DNA from: a virus
Taxonomy: Duplodnaviria > Caudoviricetes
Virus record (IMG/VR): IMGVR_UViG_3300046167_000203
Span: 1 to 59,580 of that record
DNA: 59,580 nucleotides
Strand: one strand, 5' to 3'
The number at the start of each line of letters is the position of its first letter. Within the stretch, counting starts at the first letter, position 1. Position numbers and translations under genes: made by a program. The notes beneath the pieces are model-generated. The model saw only the letters and a list, made by a program, of their open reading frames with translations. It was not told the DNA's origin and did no database searches. This document shows, one piece after another, positions 9,865-20,375 of the stretch.

Positions 9865-11634
9865 TTATCTTCCTGTTGGTGCTGATTTAAATTGTCCTGA
9901 TCTTGATTTACCTGCGTAACTACCCATACCAGAGGTATCTATGTCGTCACTGTAATTTAGAAATGGTGATGAGCCAGACACGCCATAGACATCTTGACCT
10001 GCTCTACGTTTACGTCGTCTTAGTAAATCAGTAGGCATCGTGTCTGGTCTATCTATCTGTCTCATATCATTTGTAGATGATTCAATTTTAGGTGCTGAAC
10101 TGACAGGTGCATTAATACTATTGTCATCACCACCAGAAAAACTAGATGAAGGTGATGTCTGAGACATGTAACCTTGATTGGCTCCAAGACCCATCATAGA
10201 GTCTAAGTCTAAACCCTTAAAAGTTGCATAAGCATTAATAGGTGCTGTAATTGCTGCCGCAGTTGGACTAACTAAACCTACCATATTACTGATTGTAGAA
10301 AAGGCACCTTTTCGGGATGCGTTAGCAAGACTGCCTGCTGTGTTTAAAGCTGATAGGGCGGGCATACCTGAGATCGCACTAAAAACACCACCTATATCAG
10401 AACCAAAAAAACCTTCGTTCTGTCCACTAAAACGACCTGTAACGGTACCATCTTTATTGAAACTATAATCGGCTAATGACACACCATATGTTGGTGACTG
10501 ACCACCTGCTTTTGTACTAATGTTTGAATAGGGTGCATAATTACTAAAACCGAAACTTTTAGCTGTAGACATAGCCTGAGTAGGGGTTACACCTGCCATG
10601 TTAGGAGTATTCATAAAACTACCAAGGTTCATACCAAAGTCTCTGCCATATCCTGGAGCTATAGTTGCTATATCTAAATCTTTTTTATCTGTCTCAACAA
10701 CGGAACCACCAAAAAGACTACCACCTAAACCTGCTGATTGTGGACCCGTAGAAAAACCTGTATTGTCTATATCAGTTAGTGACTGTACAGAAGGACCTAT
10801 ACTACCAAATGCATCTAAATCAGGTGGACCAAATCCATTAGGTCCCCAAGACATATCTCTATCATCCATCTTACTTGAATTATCATACCCAGATACACCT
10901 GTGACATCACCTCTGGAAGACATCATTCCAAAGTCTTCGTCAGTAAGTGCATCAGTAACTGCACTAAAGCCACTTCCTGCACCAACAGTGTTACCTGATG
11001 TGGAAGAAATTGTACTTGTAAGACTATCAGGTACACTTGCAGTTCTACCAGAACTATAAACAGGTGAACCCGTAACGTCATAACCTACAACAGTCCTGCC
11101 AGTATTTGCAATACTACCTGCTGTTGACCCTGCAACTGAATCAGAACCCGCAGAACCTGATAACATGTCACCTATTTGAGATACAGAAAAACCTCTGTTT
11201 GCCATATCAATAGCTTCATTAACGTCAGATTCAGAAGCATTATCTAAAGAACTAAAGTTATTACCAATTTCACCAGTTCCGATACCATTAGTATAACCAA
11301 TAGCAGCATCCATTGCAGTACTACCCGTTTTAGAAGTACCACCTATACCAAAAGTATTACCACTTGGCGAATTTGTAGATCCATCTCCTGGACCATCATT
11401 TGGTCCTACTCCATCATCTCCTGCACCCGATGGGTCATCGCCTACTATACTTTCGTCACTGTTAGAACCAGTGTTACCACCAGTGCCTACATTACCAGTA
11501 GATCCGTCTGTATTTCCAGTAGGATCGTTACCACCACCAGTGTTACTATCATTGCCTACATTGCCAGTAGATCCGTCTGTATTTCCAGTAGGATCGTTAC
11601 CTGCATCACCGCCATCGCCGCCGCCACCGCACAT
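9865..11634 (-). CDS. Gly/Ser/Asp-rich putative internal virion protein
   Basis: MCGGGGDGG start directly after the GNAT gene, low complexity, basic RRRKRR near the C-terminus. Confidence 0.6.
   Translation of the reverse strand: MCGGGGDGGDAGNDPTGNTDGSTGNVGNDSNTGGGNDPTGNTDGSTGNVGTGGNTGSNSDESIVGDDPSGAGDDGVGPNDGPGDGSTNSPSGNTFGIGGTSKTGSTAMDAAIGYTNGIGTGEIGNNFSSLDNASESDVNEAIDMANRGFSVSQIGDMLSGSAGSDSVAGSTAGSIANTGRTVVGYDVTGSPVYSSGRTASVPDSLTSTISSTSGNTVGAGSGFSAVTDALTDEDFGMMSSRGDVTGVSGYDNSSKMDDRDMSWGPNGFGPPDLDAFGSIGPSVQSLTDIDNTGFSTGPQSAGLGGSLFGGSVVETDKKDLDIATIAPGYGRDFGMNLGSFMNTPNMAGVTPTQAMSTAKSFGFSNYAPYSNISTKAGGQSPTYGVSLADYSFNKDGTVTGRFSGQNEGFFGSDIGGVFSAISGMPALSALNTAGSLANASRKGAFSTISNMVGLVSPTAAAITAPINAYATFKGLDLDSMMGLGANQGYMSQTSPSSSFSGGDDNSINAPVSSAPKIESSTNDMRQIDRPDTMPTDLLRRRKRRAGQDVYGVSGSSPFLNYSDDIDTSGMGSYAGKSRSGQFKSAPTGR
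11484..11601. repeat. 49-bp direct repeat (69-bp period) encoding GNDPTGNTDGSTGNVG twice
   Basis: 11484-11532 vs 11553-11601, one mismatch. Confidence 0.9.
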
Positions 11635-11637
11635 AGC

Positions 11638-12093
11638 TTATCCTTTCAACATAAGTTTGTAAGTGCCACCATGCATTTCAAAGTCAAACTTTTTTAAGAG
11701 CTTGTCTGTTCTGTCTAGTAACACTTGGGTTGAAACACCAATACAGACTTCAGCGACATTCCAAAGTCTGCCAAAATCTATGAATAATTTTAATAATCTT
11801 ATAGAAGCTAATGTGCCTCTATGTGCCTGATCAATGAACCAGACAAAGTCTGACAAAATGTAATCATGTCCAAAGAAGTATTCACTTACTCTACCTGCAA
11901 TCATACCATTTAAGACACCGTCTTTTTCTGATACATAACAACAATGATTGTCCTGAGTTACACAGGTACTAAATAAGTTAGCTGCTTTATTATCAGACCA
12001 ATCAAGACTAGCAAAAGCACTTTCATTGTGCATCTGTCTACCTAATACTAATATCTGGTCTGTGTCTGCTAGAACACCTTCTCTATAAATCAT
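11638..12093 (-). CDS. GNAT-family acetyltransferase (virion-module associated)
   Basis: WFIDQAHRGTLASIRLL acetyl-CoA-binding-like motif and typical GNAT length. Confidence 0.75.
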   Translation of the reverse strand: MIYREGVLADTDQILVLGRQMHNESAFASLDWSDNKAANLFSTCVTQDNHCCYVSEKDGVLNGMIAGRVSEYFFGHDYILSDFVWFIDQAHRGTLASIRLLKLFIDFGRLWNVAEVCIGVSTQVLLDRTDKLLKKFDFEMHGGTYKLMLKG

Positions 12094-12120
12094 AAATAAA
12101 AGACCCTTATAATCTTTCTA

Positions 12121-12171
12121 TGTGTCTGACTATAGCAGACTTAGACACAAAAGAATACTATTTTGTGTCTA
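12121..12171 (-). promoter_or_regulatory. Promoter with tandem RTGTCT boxes upstream of the GNAT/ejection genes
   Basis: Minus strand reads TAGTattcttTTGTGTCTAAGTCTgcTATAGT, aligning with the elements upstream of the capsid and portal genes. Confidence 0.55.
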
Positions 12172-13999
12172 CAACCAAAGCAAAATCTAGAATTTTTAAT
12201 TCATGATTTGTATTAGTAGAAAATTGTATACTAATACTTTTAGCTCTATGTGGAATCGGAATATCAATTGGTCTTATTGAAGTTGGAGGAATAAAAGAAC
12301 TGTTTGGATTGAGCACAGTAGTTTCCATTCCGTCATTCTCCACAACAACACTACTTATAAGTTGTAATTGATTATTTTCGCTATCAAATATTGTAACATC
12401 CATACTTGCAGGTGATGACGAACCTCCTGCTCTCAAGTTTGAAAGGTCAGAATTATTACTTACCGCACGAATAATCAGACGTTTATAATGTTTGTAAGTG
12501 TCTGGTGACCCCTGTGATAATAGGGGAGTTCTTATGACTGTACTATACGGATACTGTTGATGGTTAATACCAGTTCCAGGACTATAAGACGTTGAATCCA
12601 CATAATTTAATACAAATTTACCCCATCCTGTATGTGTGCCAACAAGTACAGGTCCAGTAAACGGTCTTTGTAAATTGCTACCATTAAGAGTACCAGTTCT
12701 AACTTCTTCTGGCACAGCAAAATATGAAGCACAAAATTCAGCCTTATCATCTTGATGAAAGCTATCCCAATCCAACCCATCACTTTTTCTATAGGAAAAC
12801 GATAGATGTCCTGATCTACCCGCTTCAGGATCATAAGTCATAGTCAGTCGTGCTGTGTAACTTTGATTAGGATCGTAAACATTAAACTCTAGTTGTGGAA
12901 AAAAAACATGATACTGACCTATTGATCCATCCCAAACAGCATGAGGTTCATGAAAGGGTTGACCATGAAGAGCCAAATTTGCTGTTGAGCCATAATTCCT
13001 ATATTGGTCAGTAAATGAAGGAGTTAGTCTAACCATTTGTTGGTATAAATCTTCAACTTCTCTTGTGAAAGTTTTAGTCTCAAGTGTCAAACCCGAAGCC
13101 GCACGTTTCAGACTGTGAATACCAAAACGACTACAAAAGAATACATCCGTTCCAACATTAACTGCGGTGTTTCTACCGAATAAACCAATGGGTACTCTAA
13201 AGTCTCTAGCTATTTCCCAAAGATTTATATTTGTATCTGCTAAATAAACTAAAGTTTCATTCTTTCCAAAGACAACTAACTTATCACCTTCTAATACGGC
13301 AAGACCTTGTATTGTATCCTTTGATGTAAACTGGTTCTTCACATCAATAATAGCACCGTCTGTTTGATTGGGTGTTGTACCACCACTAGAAGTGTTAGTT
13401 CTCCAATCTTCAAAACTGTCTTGAGCACTTATATGTATTTCTGTTTCTTTTCCTGGGATACCTGCTACTACTAATCTATTTAATATATTTACAGCCATTC
13501 CACCTTGTGGATAACTAAGATTCGTATTATATTGATTATTCGCTCCAGTTGCAGCATTAGTAAAAGCCGTACCATTATAATAGTAAGGGTCATGACCTGC
13601 CATAAAAGCAAATTGTTTTTGATCAAAGTTGACTATAGAAATAGGTGTAATAACTTTTGGTGGTGTCAAACTAGTATCTGCATCAAACATATTAGTTTGA
13701 ATTACTAAATCCTTATAACTTGCTGCGTGTATCACGCCACCAGTAGTGACTCTAAAATAATATGCAACAAAATCGTCATCCCCATAATGAGCTATTTGAA
13801 GAATTGGATACAGCTTATAGGTACTAAGACCATTAGTAGAAACGACAGGCTTTTCGATTGTTGGACCCTTAACAATCTGTCCTCTAAAATCCACATAAGC
13901 ATTCTCTAACTGAAATAAAAATCTCTCAGACATATTTGAGGGACTAGTAACAGTATCAAGTCCTATAAATCTATTGTATGAAAAGAGCTTTCTAGGCAT
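12158..13999 (-). CDS. Tail nozzle / packaged-DNA stabilisation protein (P22 gp10-like beta-propeller)
   Basis: 613 aa, beta-rich; FIGLDT N-terminus, NRLVVAG, LVVFG, VFFCSRFGIHSL; follows the adaptor gene. Confidence 0.7.
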   Translation of the reverse strand: MPRKLFSYNRFIGLDTVTSPSNMSERFLFQLENAYVDFRGQIVKGPTIEKPVVSTNGLSTYKLYPILQIAHYGDDDFVAYYFRVTTGGVIHAASYKDLVIQTNMFDADTSLTPPKVITPISIVNFDQKQFAFMAGHDPYYYNGTAFTNAATGANNQYNTNLSYPQGGMAVNILNRLVVAGIPGKETEIHISAQDSFEDWRTNTSSGGTTPNQTDGAIIDVKNQFTSKDTIQGLAVLEGDKLVVFGKNETLVYLADTNINLWEIARDFRVPIGLFGRNTAVNVGTDVFFCSRFGIHSLKRAASGLTLETKTFTREVEDLYQQMVRLTPSFTDQYRNYGSTANLALHGQPFHEPHAVWDGSIGQYHVFFPQLEFNVYDPNQSYTARLTMTYDPEAGRSGHLSFSYRKSDGLDWDSFHQDDKAEFCASYFAVPEEVRTGTLNGSNLQRPFTGPVLVGTHTGWGKFVLNYVDSTSYSPGTGINHQQYPYSTVIRTPLLSQGSPDTYKHYKRLIIRAVSNNSDLSNLRAGGSSSPASMDVTIFDSENNQLQLISSVVVENDGMETTVLNPNSSFIPPTSIRPIDIPIPHRAKSISIQFSTNTNHELKILDFALVVDTK

Positions 14000-14700
14000 T
14001 AAGTATACTCGTTTATTTCAACTGTAAGAGCACCTTGAATATTAGTTATTGAGCCAATCCAGTTGTTAAGAGTGTTTGTATATATACCACTTCTTAAACT
14101 TATCAAACCTGTATTATTTGTGTCTGTATCATCTATAGTATAATAACTTTTAAGTCCTTCTAACATAACTTCATCGTCTATTGCTCTATAATCAGTTATT
14201 GCCCTATATCTTTTAACTCTTGTTTTATATGGATTTGAAACAACTACATTACTAGCGGTTGTGTCTGCTGTATCCGCAATACGATATGTACCTGCAACTG
14301 TGCTACCACCAACAGTTTTAGCACCTAATACAAAACTATAAAGATCTGCGGTACTCGCAATTGAGCCATTAGCCGCATATATTATAGGTCCCGCACCTAC
14401 AATTTTAACTGGAGTATATGTACTAAAAGTAACAGATCCAGAAGATATAACTAAGTCATTACTACCACTTGTAATAGAGCCTGTCTGATCATCATAGGTA
14501 TTATCAAGGACATCTAAGAAAGAGGGGTGTCTGTTTATGTCTGCTACAACTCGGTTAGCATAATTTAAAAATCTTTCGCTTTCTAAATTCTTTAAAACAG
14601 TAGGACTTGCTTCACCCATTTCCCTCAAAGCATCATCAATTAACTCTGATAATGTAGAAAACTGACCTGACCCAGATCCGCCTGAGTTAAAGCTAACCAT
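13999..14700 (-). CDS. Head-tail adaptor-like protein
   Basis: TLSELIDDALREMGE N-terminal helix typical of adaptors; lies between capsid and nozzle genes. Confidence 0.6.
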   Translation of the reverse strand: MVSFNSGGSGSGQFSTLSELIDDALREMGEASPTVLKNLESERFLNYANRVVADINRHPSFLDVLDNTYDDQTGSITSGSNDLVISSGSVTFSTYTPVKIVGAGPIIYAANGSIASTADLYSFVLGAKTVGGSTVAGTYRIADTADTTASNVVVSNPYKTRVKRYRAITDYRAIDDEVMLEGLKSYYTIDDTDTNNTGLISLRSGIYTNTLNNWIGSITNIQGALTVEINEYT

Positions 14701-15127
14701 TCTGTACCTCTAATTCTACAATCTTTCCCTGTCTAAAAAATACATGTTTCCTCAGACAATTAGCTTCATCTTCTTCTAAAGCTACTTTGTTATCGTGAAA
14801 TATTATTTTATGAGGACCTGCATCAACAGTGACACTTGGTCTAGAGGGAAATGAAAATATAGTTAAGTTTTTATTCACCTTTGCTTTAGCAGCAAGTTCT
14901 TTCATAGTAGGATCATCTCTAAGAGCTTGTACTTTTCCGTTGACAACAATAGCATCTTCTTCAGAAAAAATATGAGACTTCCTATATAAAAGGTGACCTT
15001 TGATTTGTTCGGCTAATTTTAAATCAACCTCTAATACTCCACCATGAAACGGGTATATCTTTTCACCTATGGTTATTTCCATGTTGGGTCTTTTAGCAAA
15101 AAATTTAATTGTTTTTTTAGGTGTCAA
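14693..15127 (-). CDS. Hypothetical protein with internal duplication
   Basis: 144 aa; two similar halves (FFAKRPNMEI...FHGG / FSFPSRPSVT...FHDN); RBS AGGAG. Confidence 0.6.
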   Translation of the reverse strand: MTPKKTIKFFAKRPNMEITIGEKIYPFHGGVLEVDLKLAEQIKGHLLYRKSHIFSEEDAIVVNGKVQALRDDPTMKELAAKAKVNKNLTIFSFPSRPSVTVDAGPHKIIFHDNKVALEEDEANCLRKHVFFRQGKIVELEVQNG

Positions 15128-15147
15128 TCTAATCTCCTATAAGTTAA

Positions 15148-15175
15148 AGAGAACCACCTGTTAAGATGGTTCTCT
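15148..15175 (-). terminator. Hairpin after the major capsid gene (weak intrinsic terminator or mRNA stabiliser)
   Basis: AGAGAACCA/TGGTTCTCT 9-bp stem. Confidence 0.5.
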
Positions 15176-15191
15176 ATATACATAGATTATT

Positions 15192-16361
15192 CTATGTTAA
15201 TGACTGCCAACTTGAGATAACAGCATGTGTCTTTTCTTGAAGAATTTCTAAACCTGCTTCTGTTAGATATTCATCTGTGACACCGTCAACACCGTTACCC
15301 TGACGATCTTTCAATAATGAAGTATCATCAATGTATCTATATCTTAAATCCTTAGTATCTAAGATAATAGCATCAAACTGAGCACCTGGGATCTGTCTAA
15401 ACATAGGGTGTGTCTTAACTTGTAATGTACCCGCAAAAGTATTGTAGGTAGTAAAGTTAACACCATATGAATCACCAGTACCAGTACTGTTAATTTGATA
15501 TCTTGACTTAGCTAGTGTCTGAAGGTGTTCTGCAACCTTCCATCCACATAACATTAACTTTTCGGATGAACCGAAAGCGAATGCTTTTTCTGCTAAGAAA
15601 GTATCAAAACCTGCTTCAGTTAAGGTATTACTTGTTGATCCTGCATCCTGTACGTTAGTAGTAATGGAGTTAAATATACCATCAGTATATCTTTCTGGCA
15701 TACCTGCGGAACCTGCTACAATGTCCTTTTTACCAAACAACATTGCTCTTTCCATTCCCACCATGTGCTCTTTTAAAGCATCACGAGACTTCTCTAAATA
15801 CTGATCTCCAGTTCTGAAGTTAGTATGCATAGCAGTTCTTGTGATTGAGTAAGGTGTTCTGAAAATTTGGCAAAAGTTCTCGGTGCTTGCAGCATCGTAA
15901 CTTACTGATGTTGGAGTATCTCCACCTTCAGCATTACCATTTCCAACCATGAACCATGTGTCACCCGCAGCAACAGCTACACCTGTTCCACCATTACCAA
16001 TACCTCTAGTAATTGTGAAAGTTGTAGTTGATGGTAGGGCAGTAATCTTAGCAACTTCACCAGTTCTGAAGTTTCTAATTAACATTCCTACACGGAAAAA
16101 CGCAGCATCACCCGCAGCAGAGGCGGTTAAAGTGGTTGCATTGTTAGCAGCTGTACCTGAGTGAGTAAAGGTAAAGCTAGGTAGATCCTTCCTAAAGTTA
16201 TGGAATTCTGGATCATCGGTTGCTTCCGATGGAAGCATTGAGAGAATAGCCGTAAGCGGAGCCGAACCATTCGGCTCTAACATTAGGTATTTCTCTCTGT
16301 AGTTTTCGGGGCGGTGATCGGCTGCAAAAGAGCCAGTTCCCCTCATACCAAGAGTAGTCAT
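15192..16361 (-). CDS. Major capsid protein (SU10/DUF5309-like)
   Basis: 389 aa; ENFCQIFRTPYSITRT, ERAMLFG, EYLTEAGLEILQEKTHA motifs; follows the scaffold gene. Confidence 0.85.
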   Translation of the reverse strand: MTTLGMRGTGSFAADHRPENYREKYLMLEPNGSAPLTAILSMLPSEATDDPEFHNFRKDLPSFTFTHSGTAANNATTLTASAAGDAAFFRVGMLIRNFRTGEVAKITALPSTTTFTITRGIGNGGTGVAVAAGDTWFMVGNGNAEGGDTPTSVSYDAASTENFCQIFRTPYSITRTAMHTNFRTGDQYLEKSRDALKEHMVGMERAMLFGKKDIVAGSAGMPERYTDGIFNSITTNVQDAGSTSNTLTEAGFDTFLAEKAFAFGSSEKLMLCGWKVAEHLQTLAKSRYQINSTGTGDSYGVNFTTYNTFAGTLQVKTHPMFRQIPGAQFDAIILDTKDLRYRYIDDTSLLKDRQGNGVDGVTDEYLTEAGLEILQEKTHAVISSWQSLT

Positions 16362-16504
16362 AGTAGTACCTCATTAGGTTAGAGTTAAATTAAGTTCGTC
16401 TGTTCGATTGCTCCTTGGGTTAATAGTAAATAAACTTAGTTTCCCTAATGGTCTTTAGTTTAAAATACTGCCGTCTGGTAGGCATTCATAATTAGACACT
16501 TATA

Positions 16505-16551
16505 AAGTACATCAGACACAGACATAAATCAACACTATTGTCTATGTCTGA
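16505..16551 (-). promoter_or_regulatory. Capsid promoter with RTGTCT tandem boxes in an inverted repeat
   Basis: Minus ATAGTGTTGATTTATGTCTGTGTCT is near-identical to the element at 20387-20411; inverted repeat 16512-16524/16539-16551. Confidence 0.6.
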
Positions 16552-16560
16552 GTCGTTTTT

Positions 16561-17703
16561 TTATAATAAATCCAACATTTGAGTACTAAAATCCTGTTGA
16601 GGACCCTTTCCAGTAGGTACATCTGAGCCTCTTGAAGCTACAGTTTCACCACCTGCACGGGATATATTCTTCTCAACATTCATTTTCATAGCATTTTGTT
16701 CAGCAACACTTTTGTTTCCAGAGGTAATAGCATGATAATCTCTGATAGCTTTATCCATTGCTGCGGGATTATTTCCAATGGCTGCTTTATAATTACCAAA
16801 GGTTTGATCCTGCATATCTACCCAAGAAATAAAGTCATTGAAATCTGCTTCAGTATCAATTCCTAATTCAGAAGCAGTTGCCGCTGCTTGAGAGTCAACT
16901 AAAGTTTGATTAGCTCTAGTAGCACTCAATTGTTGAGCTTGTTTGAAATTATTTACATCTTCCATAAGGGTAGGGAGTATAGTTGCAGCTTCCTCTACAG
17001 CCTTAGAATACTTAAACATATTTTGCATAGCCAAGAATGCATCATCCGTAGGTTGTAATCCATTTTCATCAAAGAAGTTTTTAGCCAATTTAACAGCATT
17101 CTCATCAGACATGACATTCTTTGCTAGAACTCTTGGATCATTAGCTAATTCAGCAGGTGTTTCTGTAGGGTTACCTGTTGGATTTTCCGCTGCTTTTTGA
17201 TTATTCATACTATTAAGCATACTGGTACCAATCATATTAGCTAATTGATTGGGATCTGTTACACCTGTTTGCTCACTAATTCTTCTTGAGAGTTCCATAA
17301 GTGGACCATACTTACTTTCAACAGATTTAAACTGTTGAAGCATAGTGACCGCTTTATCTTCTGGTATCTCTTCTTCTTCACCACGATACTTGATCTTAAT
17401 CATTCTCGATATAGCATCTGCTTCAGCAGGGGATATATCTTGAGCGTTAGCATCACCTACTTCTGTATCACCTCTAGGGTCAGGATTATTAGTAACTTCA
17501 AAATCGAAGTCAACAGGCATCCTGTCGTTTGACTTTAATCTTGATGCTGCATCAAAACCTGATTTATCAGGATTAGCCTCTGCATCTGTCTGGGGAGTAG
17601 GTGCATTAGCGGGTGGGTTTACTGCTTGGTTTGGATCTGTAATTGCCCCAGATCCTGGGTTTCTCATAGCAGTTACGTCTGCTTCACTTGGATTAATCGC
17701 CAT
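16561..17703 (-). CDS. Capsid scaffolding protein
   Basis: Acidic Pro-rich N-terminus, IKIKYRGEEEEI motif, helical; immediately upstream of the capsid gene. Confidence 0.7.
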   Translation of the reverse strand: MAINPSEADVTAMRNPGSGAITDPNQAVNPPANAPTPQTDAEANPDKSGFDAASRLKSNDRMPVDFDFEVTNNPDPRGDTEVGDANAQDISPAEADAISRMIKIKYRGEEEEIPEDKAVTMLQQFKSVESKYGPLMELSRRISEQTGVTDPNQLANMIGTSMLNSMNNQKAAENPTGNPTETPAELANDPRVLAKNVMSDENAVKLAKNFFDENGLQPTDDAFLAMQNMFKYSKAVEEAATILPTLMEDVNNFKQAQQLSATRANQTLVDSQAAATASELGIDTEADFNDFISWVDMQDQTFGNYKAAIGNNPAAMDKAIRDYHAITSGNKSVAEQNAMKMNVEKNISRAGGETVASRGSDVPTGKGPQQDFSTQMLDLL

Positions 17704-17965
17704 TTTTATTGAGCCTTTCTAGTTCCTCTTCCGCTTGAGCATCGCCTACCATCTTGGTAGGTAAATCAAGCACAGTGCGGAATGCCGACATTAAAGCCGC
17801 ACAAACTCGTAATTGATCTGCATCAGCAGAGGCATTACTAATTAATGCGGTTTCCACCCTATTAAATTCTGTCAGAATTCTTTCTTGGTATATTTTCCAA
17901 AAATAATTATCTTTGAGTTTCTCCAAACCCTTAGATAGTTCAGTACTTTTTAGTTGTTTAGCCAA
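17693..17965 (-). CDS. Small helical head-module protein
   Basis: 90-aa ORF between portal and scaffold, with RBS. Confidence 0.6.
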   Translation of the reverse strand: MAKQLKSTELSKGLEKLKDNYFWKIYQERILTEFNRVETALISNASADADQLRVCAALMSAFRTVLDLPTKMVGDAQAEEELERLNKNGD

Positions 17966-18011
17966 TGTATTTCCTCAGTCTATTGTAAATACTTTATGTA
18001 TGTCATCAAGT

Positions 18012-20213
18012 TCATGTGAGCGGGGTTTGTCCCGCCATTGCTGCCATTTGTTCTGGATCCATTTGTGTGGGTCCTCCAACTTCTTGTGCTGCTTGTGACA
18101 TAGGCACGATGTTTCCTGCCTGTAATTCTTGCTGAATTTGTTCATCAGGAACAACCTCGCTCGGACTTTTCTTCCAATTTTCTACATCCTCAAAACCAAA
18201 ACTTTCAATTAATCTTTCTACGAATTTATCCATATCCCATGATTGTCCAAGACCTGTCTCAGCTAAAGTTCTTATAGCTTTAGTTATATTCTCGGAGTTT
18301 TCTTCGGGTGAGGTGGGTAAAGTTCCGTCTACTACAACATAATCAAAATCACCCATGATTTCTGATCTGTTATATTTGACATCTCCACTAGGATTCTCTG
18401 CTGAAATTTCTTCGGGCATATTGACCATTCCGCCATCTACCTCAAAGAATTGTAAGTTTGCTATCATCTGTCTAACGAGAGGTCGTATAGTAGTTGATGA
18501 AAGTAATCGTGCTTGCATTCCCAATCTTTGTTGACCTAGAGTTGTCATTCTGGCTATCTCAGTAGCGGTTCTCTGTGTCTCGGATTGTATACCTTGAGCA
18601 GTGTCATTGGCTGCTGCAAGTCTTTGCATTAATTGTCCTGTGGTATCTAAGTCATTAAAATAATTTCTAGTTGCATCAGGTACTGTTAAAGGAAGAATGG
18701 CATCAGATGGATTAGCACCTGGAAGAGTTCTAATAAGTCTAGCTGCATTCGGATCTAATATGTCCCTTATGTTAACTCGGTTAGGATCTACAACTAATCT
18801 GTTCTGTACAATACTCTGTACGTTTTCAACCCTAGTACGAAGTAACCAATCTTGGTACCTCTGTAATGGCATCATTAAGTCGTAGAGTGAAGATGAAAAA
18901 GTTTTATGTGCATCATACTGCCCTTCTCCGTGGATAAGAGGGATATCTTGATGCGGATATGGCGAAGGATCAAACTGTATAACCACACTCTCATCTGCCA
19001 CCACAATACGATATAAACCGAACGGTGCGGATATGCCCAAACGATTTGGGTCCATAAAAACATAAAGAGTGTTGAGTACATGAGCGTGACCTAGTCCGAA
19101 GTGATTTTTATAGTCACTAGTATAACTCCCTGAGAGCGTTGGGTCTATGCTCTGATCACGAATGGTGTCTTTCAAAAATTGATTGGAATTCCATGAAACA
19201 TTAGGTCTGTGGTTCTCTATTCTATCAAGATTCTGATAATGACCACGTCTGTATAATGCAGTTAAACTTGCCCAAGTTCTATAGCCTACAAAGTCTGCCT
19301 CGTGTCTATTCTGAGCCGTAACTCTTGGATCTGGAAAATATGCCCACGGGTCTATGTTTACTGGTGCATTACCATCTTTCCCATAGAAGTTAGCTACAGG
19401 TGCCATGCCATATCTGTTATTGTCTAAAAAGATTTGATATAGCTTCTGCTCATATCCAACCTTTCTCATATTATGATGTAATCTTCTTTCTAATAATCTA
19501 CCTGCTCGTCTATCAGAGTCTAAACTTGTTCTTTCTATTCTGAAAGGGGGAGCTCCCCCAAATATGGCTAGATTATAGGTGCAAATAGTATCTGATATTG
19601 ATCTACTATAAGGTGTCTTTATCTGATCGATTAACCTATATTTCTTAGAGTTACGAGAGTTAGTACTAGAATTACTACCTGCGGAAGCAGTTCGGGCAGA
19701 TCTAACATCATCTACAACTCTACTTGGAACATATATATCATGAGTAACCTCGGCATCTGACCAATAGTCATATCGTTTAGATATGCGGTCATAACTTAAA
19801 TCAAAGTGTGAATGGACAAAGTCAACTAACTTTTTTTCCGTTTCTTTATCCAAATTTTGAGCTGCGTTTTCAGAGTTGTCCAATGCACGAGCAACTTGAT
19901 CCAACCCAGTCTGCACTTCTGCCCTAACGATTTCCATACGGTTTCTAACAGATCCCATAGATTCAGCATCAGGTTCTGGATCATCTGCATCAGACAATCT
20001 ATTATATTCTTGAACCACCTGACTATCGTTAATAATATCTCTCTTAACGTCATCTCTAGCATTTTTAATTGACTCCATTGGGTTAACTTGTGGACCCATG
20101 ACATCGGGACCCACAACTTCGTTCATTCTTTCTCCTGCTGCATTGTCAGATATGGTGTCTGTGTTAAATACAATAGACTCTAAACCTGATTGATCGCCTC
20201 TTTTATCTGCCAT
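18012..20213 (-). CDS. Portal protein
   Basis: 733 aa after TerL; NIDPWAYFPDP and QRTATEI motifs typical of P22-like podovirus portals. Confidence 0.85.
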   Translation of the reverse strand: MADKRGDQSGLESIVFNTDTISDNAAGERMNEVVGPDVMGPQVNPMESIKNARDDVKRDIINDSQVVQEYNRLSDADDPEPDAESMGSVRNRMEIVRAEVQTGLDQVARALDNSENAAQNLDKETEKKLVDFVHSHFDLSYDRISKRYDYWSDAEVTHDIYVPSRVVDDVRSARTASAGSNSSTNSRNSKKYRLIDQIKTPYSRSISDTICTYNLAIFGGAPPFRIERTSLDSDRRAGRLLERRLHHNMRKVGYEQKLYQIFLDNNRYGMAPVANFYGKDGNAPVNIDPWAYFPDPRVTAQNRHEADFVGYRTWASLTALYRRGHYQNLDRIENHRPNVSWNSNQFLKDTIRDQSIDPTLSGSYTSDYKNHFGLGHAHVLNTLYVFMDPNRLGISAPFGLYRIVVADESVVIQFDPSPYPHQDIPLIHGEGQYDAHKTFSSSLYDLMMPLQRYQDWLLRTRVENVQSIVQNRLVVDPNRVNIRDILDPNAARLIRTLPGANPSDAILPLTVPDATRNYFNDLDTTGQLMQRLAAANDTAQGIQSETQRTATEIARMTTLGQQRLGMQARLLSSTTIRPLVRQMIANLQFFEVDGGMVNMPEEISAENPSGDVKYNRSEIMGDFDYVVVDGTLPTSPEENSENITKAIRTLAETGLGQSWDMDKFVERLIESFGFEDVENWKKSPSEVVPDEQIQQELQAGNIVPMSQAAQEVGGPTQMDPEQMAAMAGQTPLT

Positions 20214-20221
20214 GTTAATCC

Positions 20222-20359
20222 TTATGTTTTCTTTCTACGAGGTGCAAAGTGAATGTCGTCACTCTTTTCCATAATCTTGCAGCCATTCTTCATGTGACCC
20301 TTTGTTTTAACTCGTGGTCTCTTAGCTTTTTTTATATTTATTTGTTTAGGTTGCATCAT
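20222..20359 (-). CDS. Small basic hypothetical protein
   Basis: 45-aa ORF MMQPKQINIKKAKRPRVK... between the promoter and the portal gene; not in the track. Confidence 0.4.
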   Translation of the reverse strand: MMQPKQINIKKAKRPRVKTKGHMKNGCKIMEKSDDIHFAPRRKKT

Positions 20360-20375
20360 TGTCACCCATTCCATT

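Noticed and set aside
10002-10021. RRRKRR as a eukaryotic nuclear localisation signal
   Set aside because: Everything else indicates a bacteriophage; a basic DNA-binding patch is simpler
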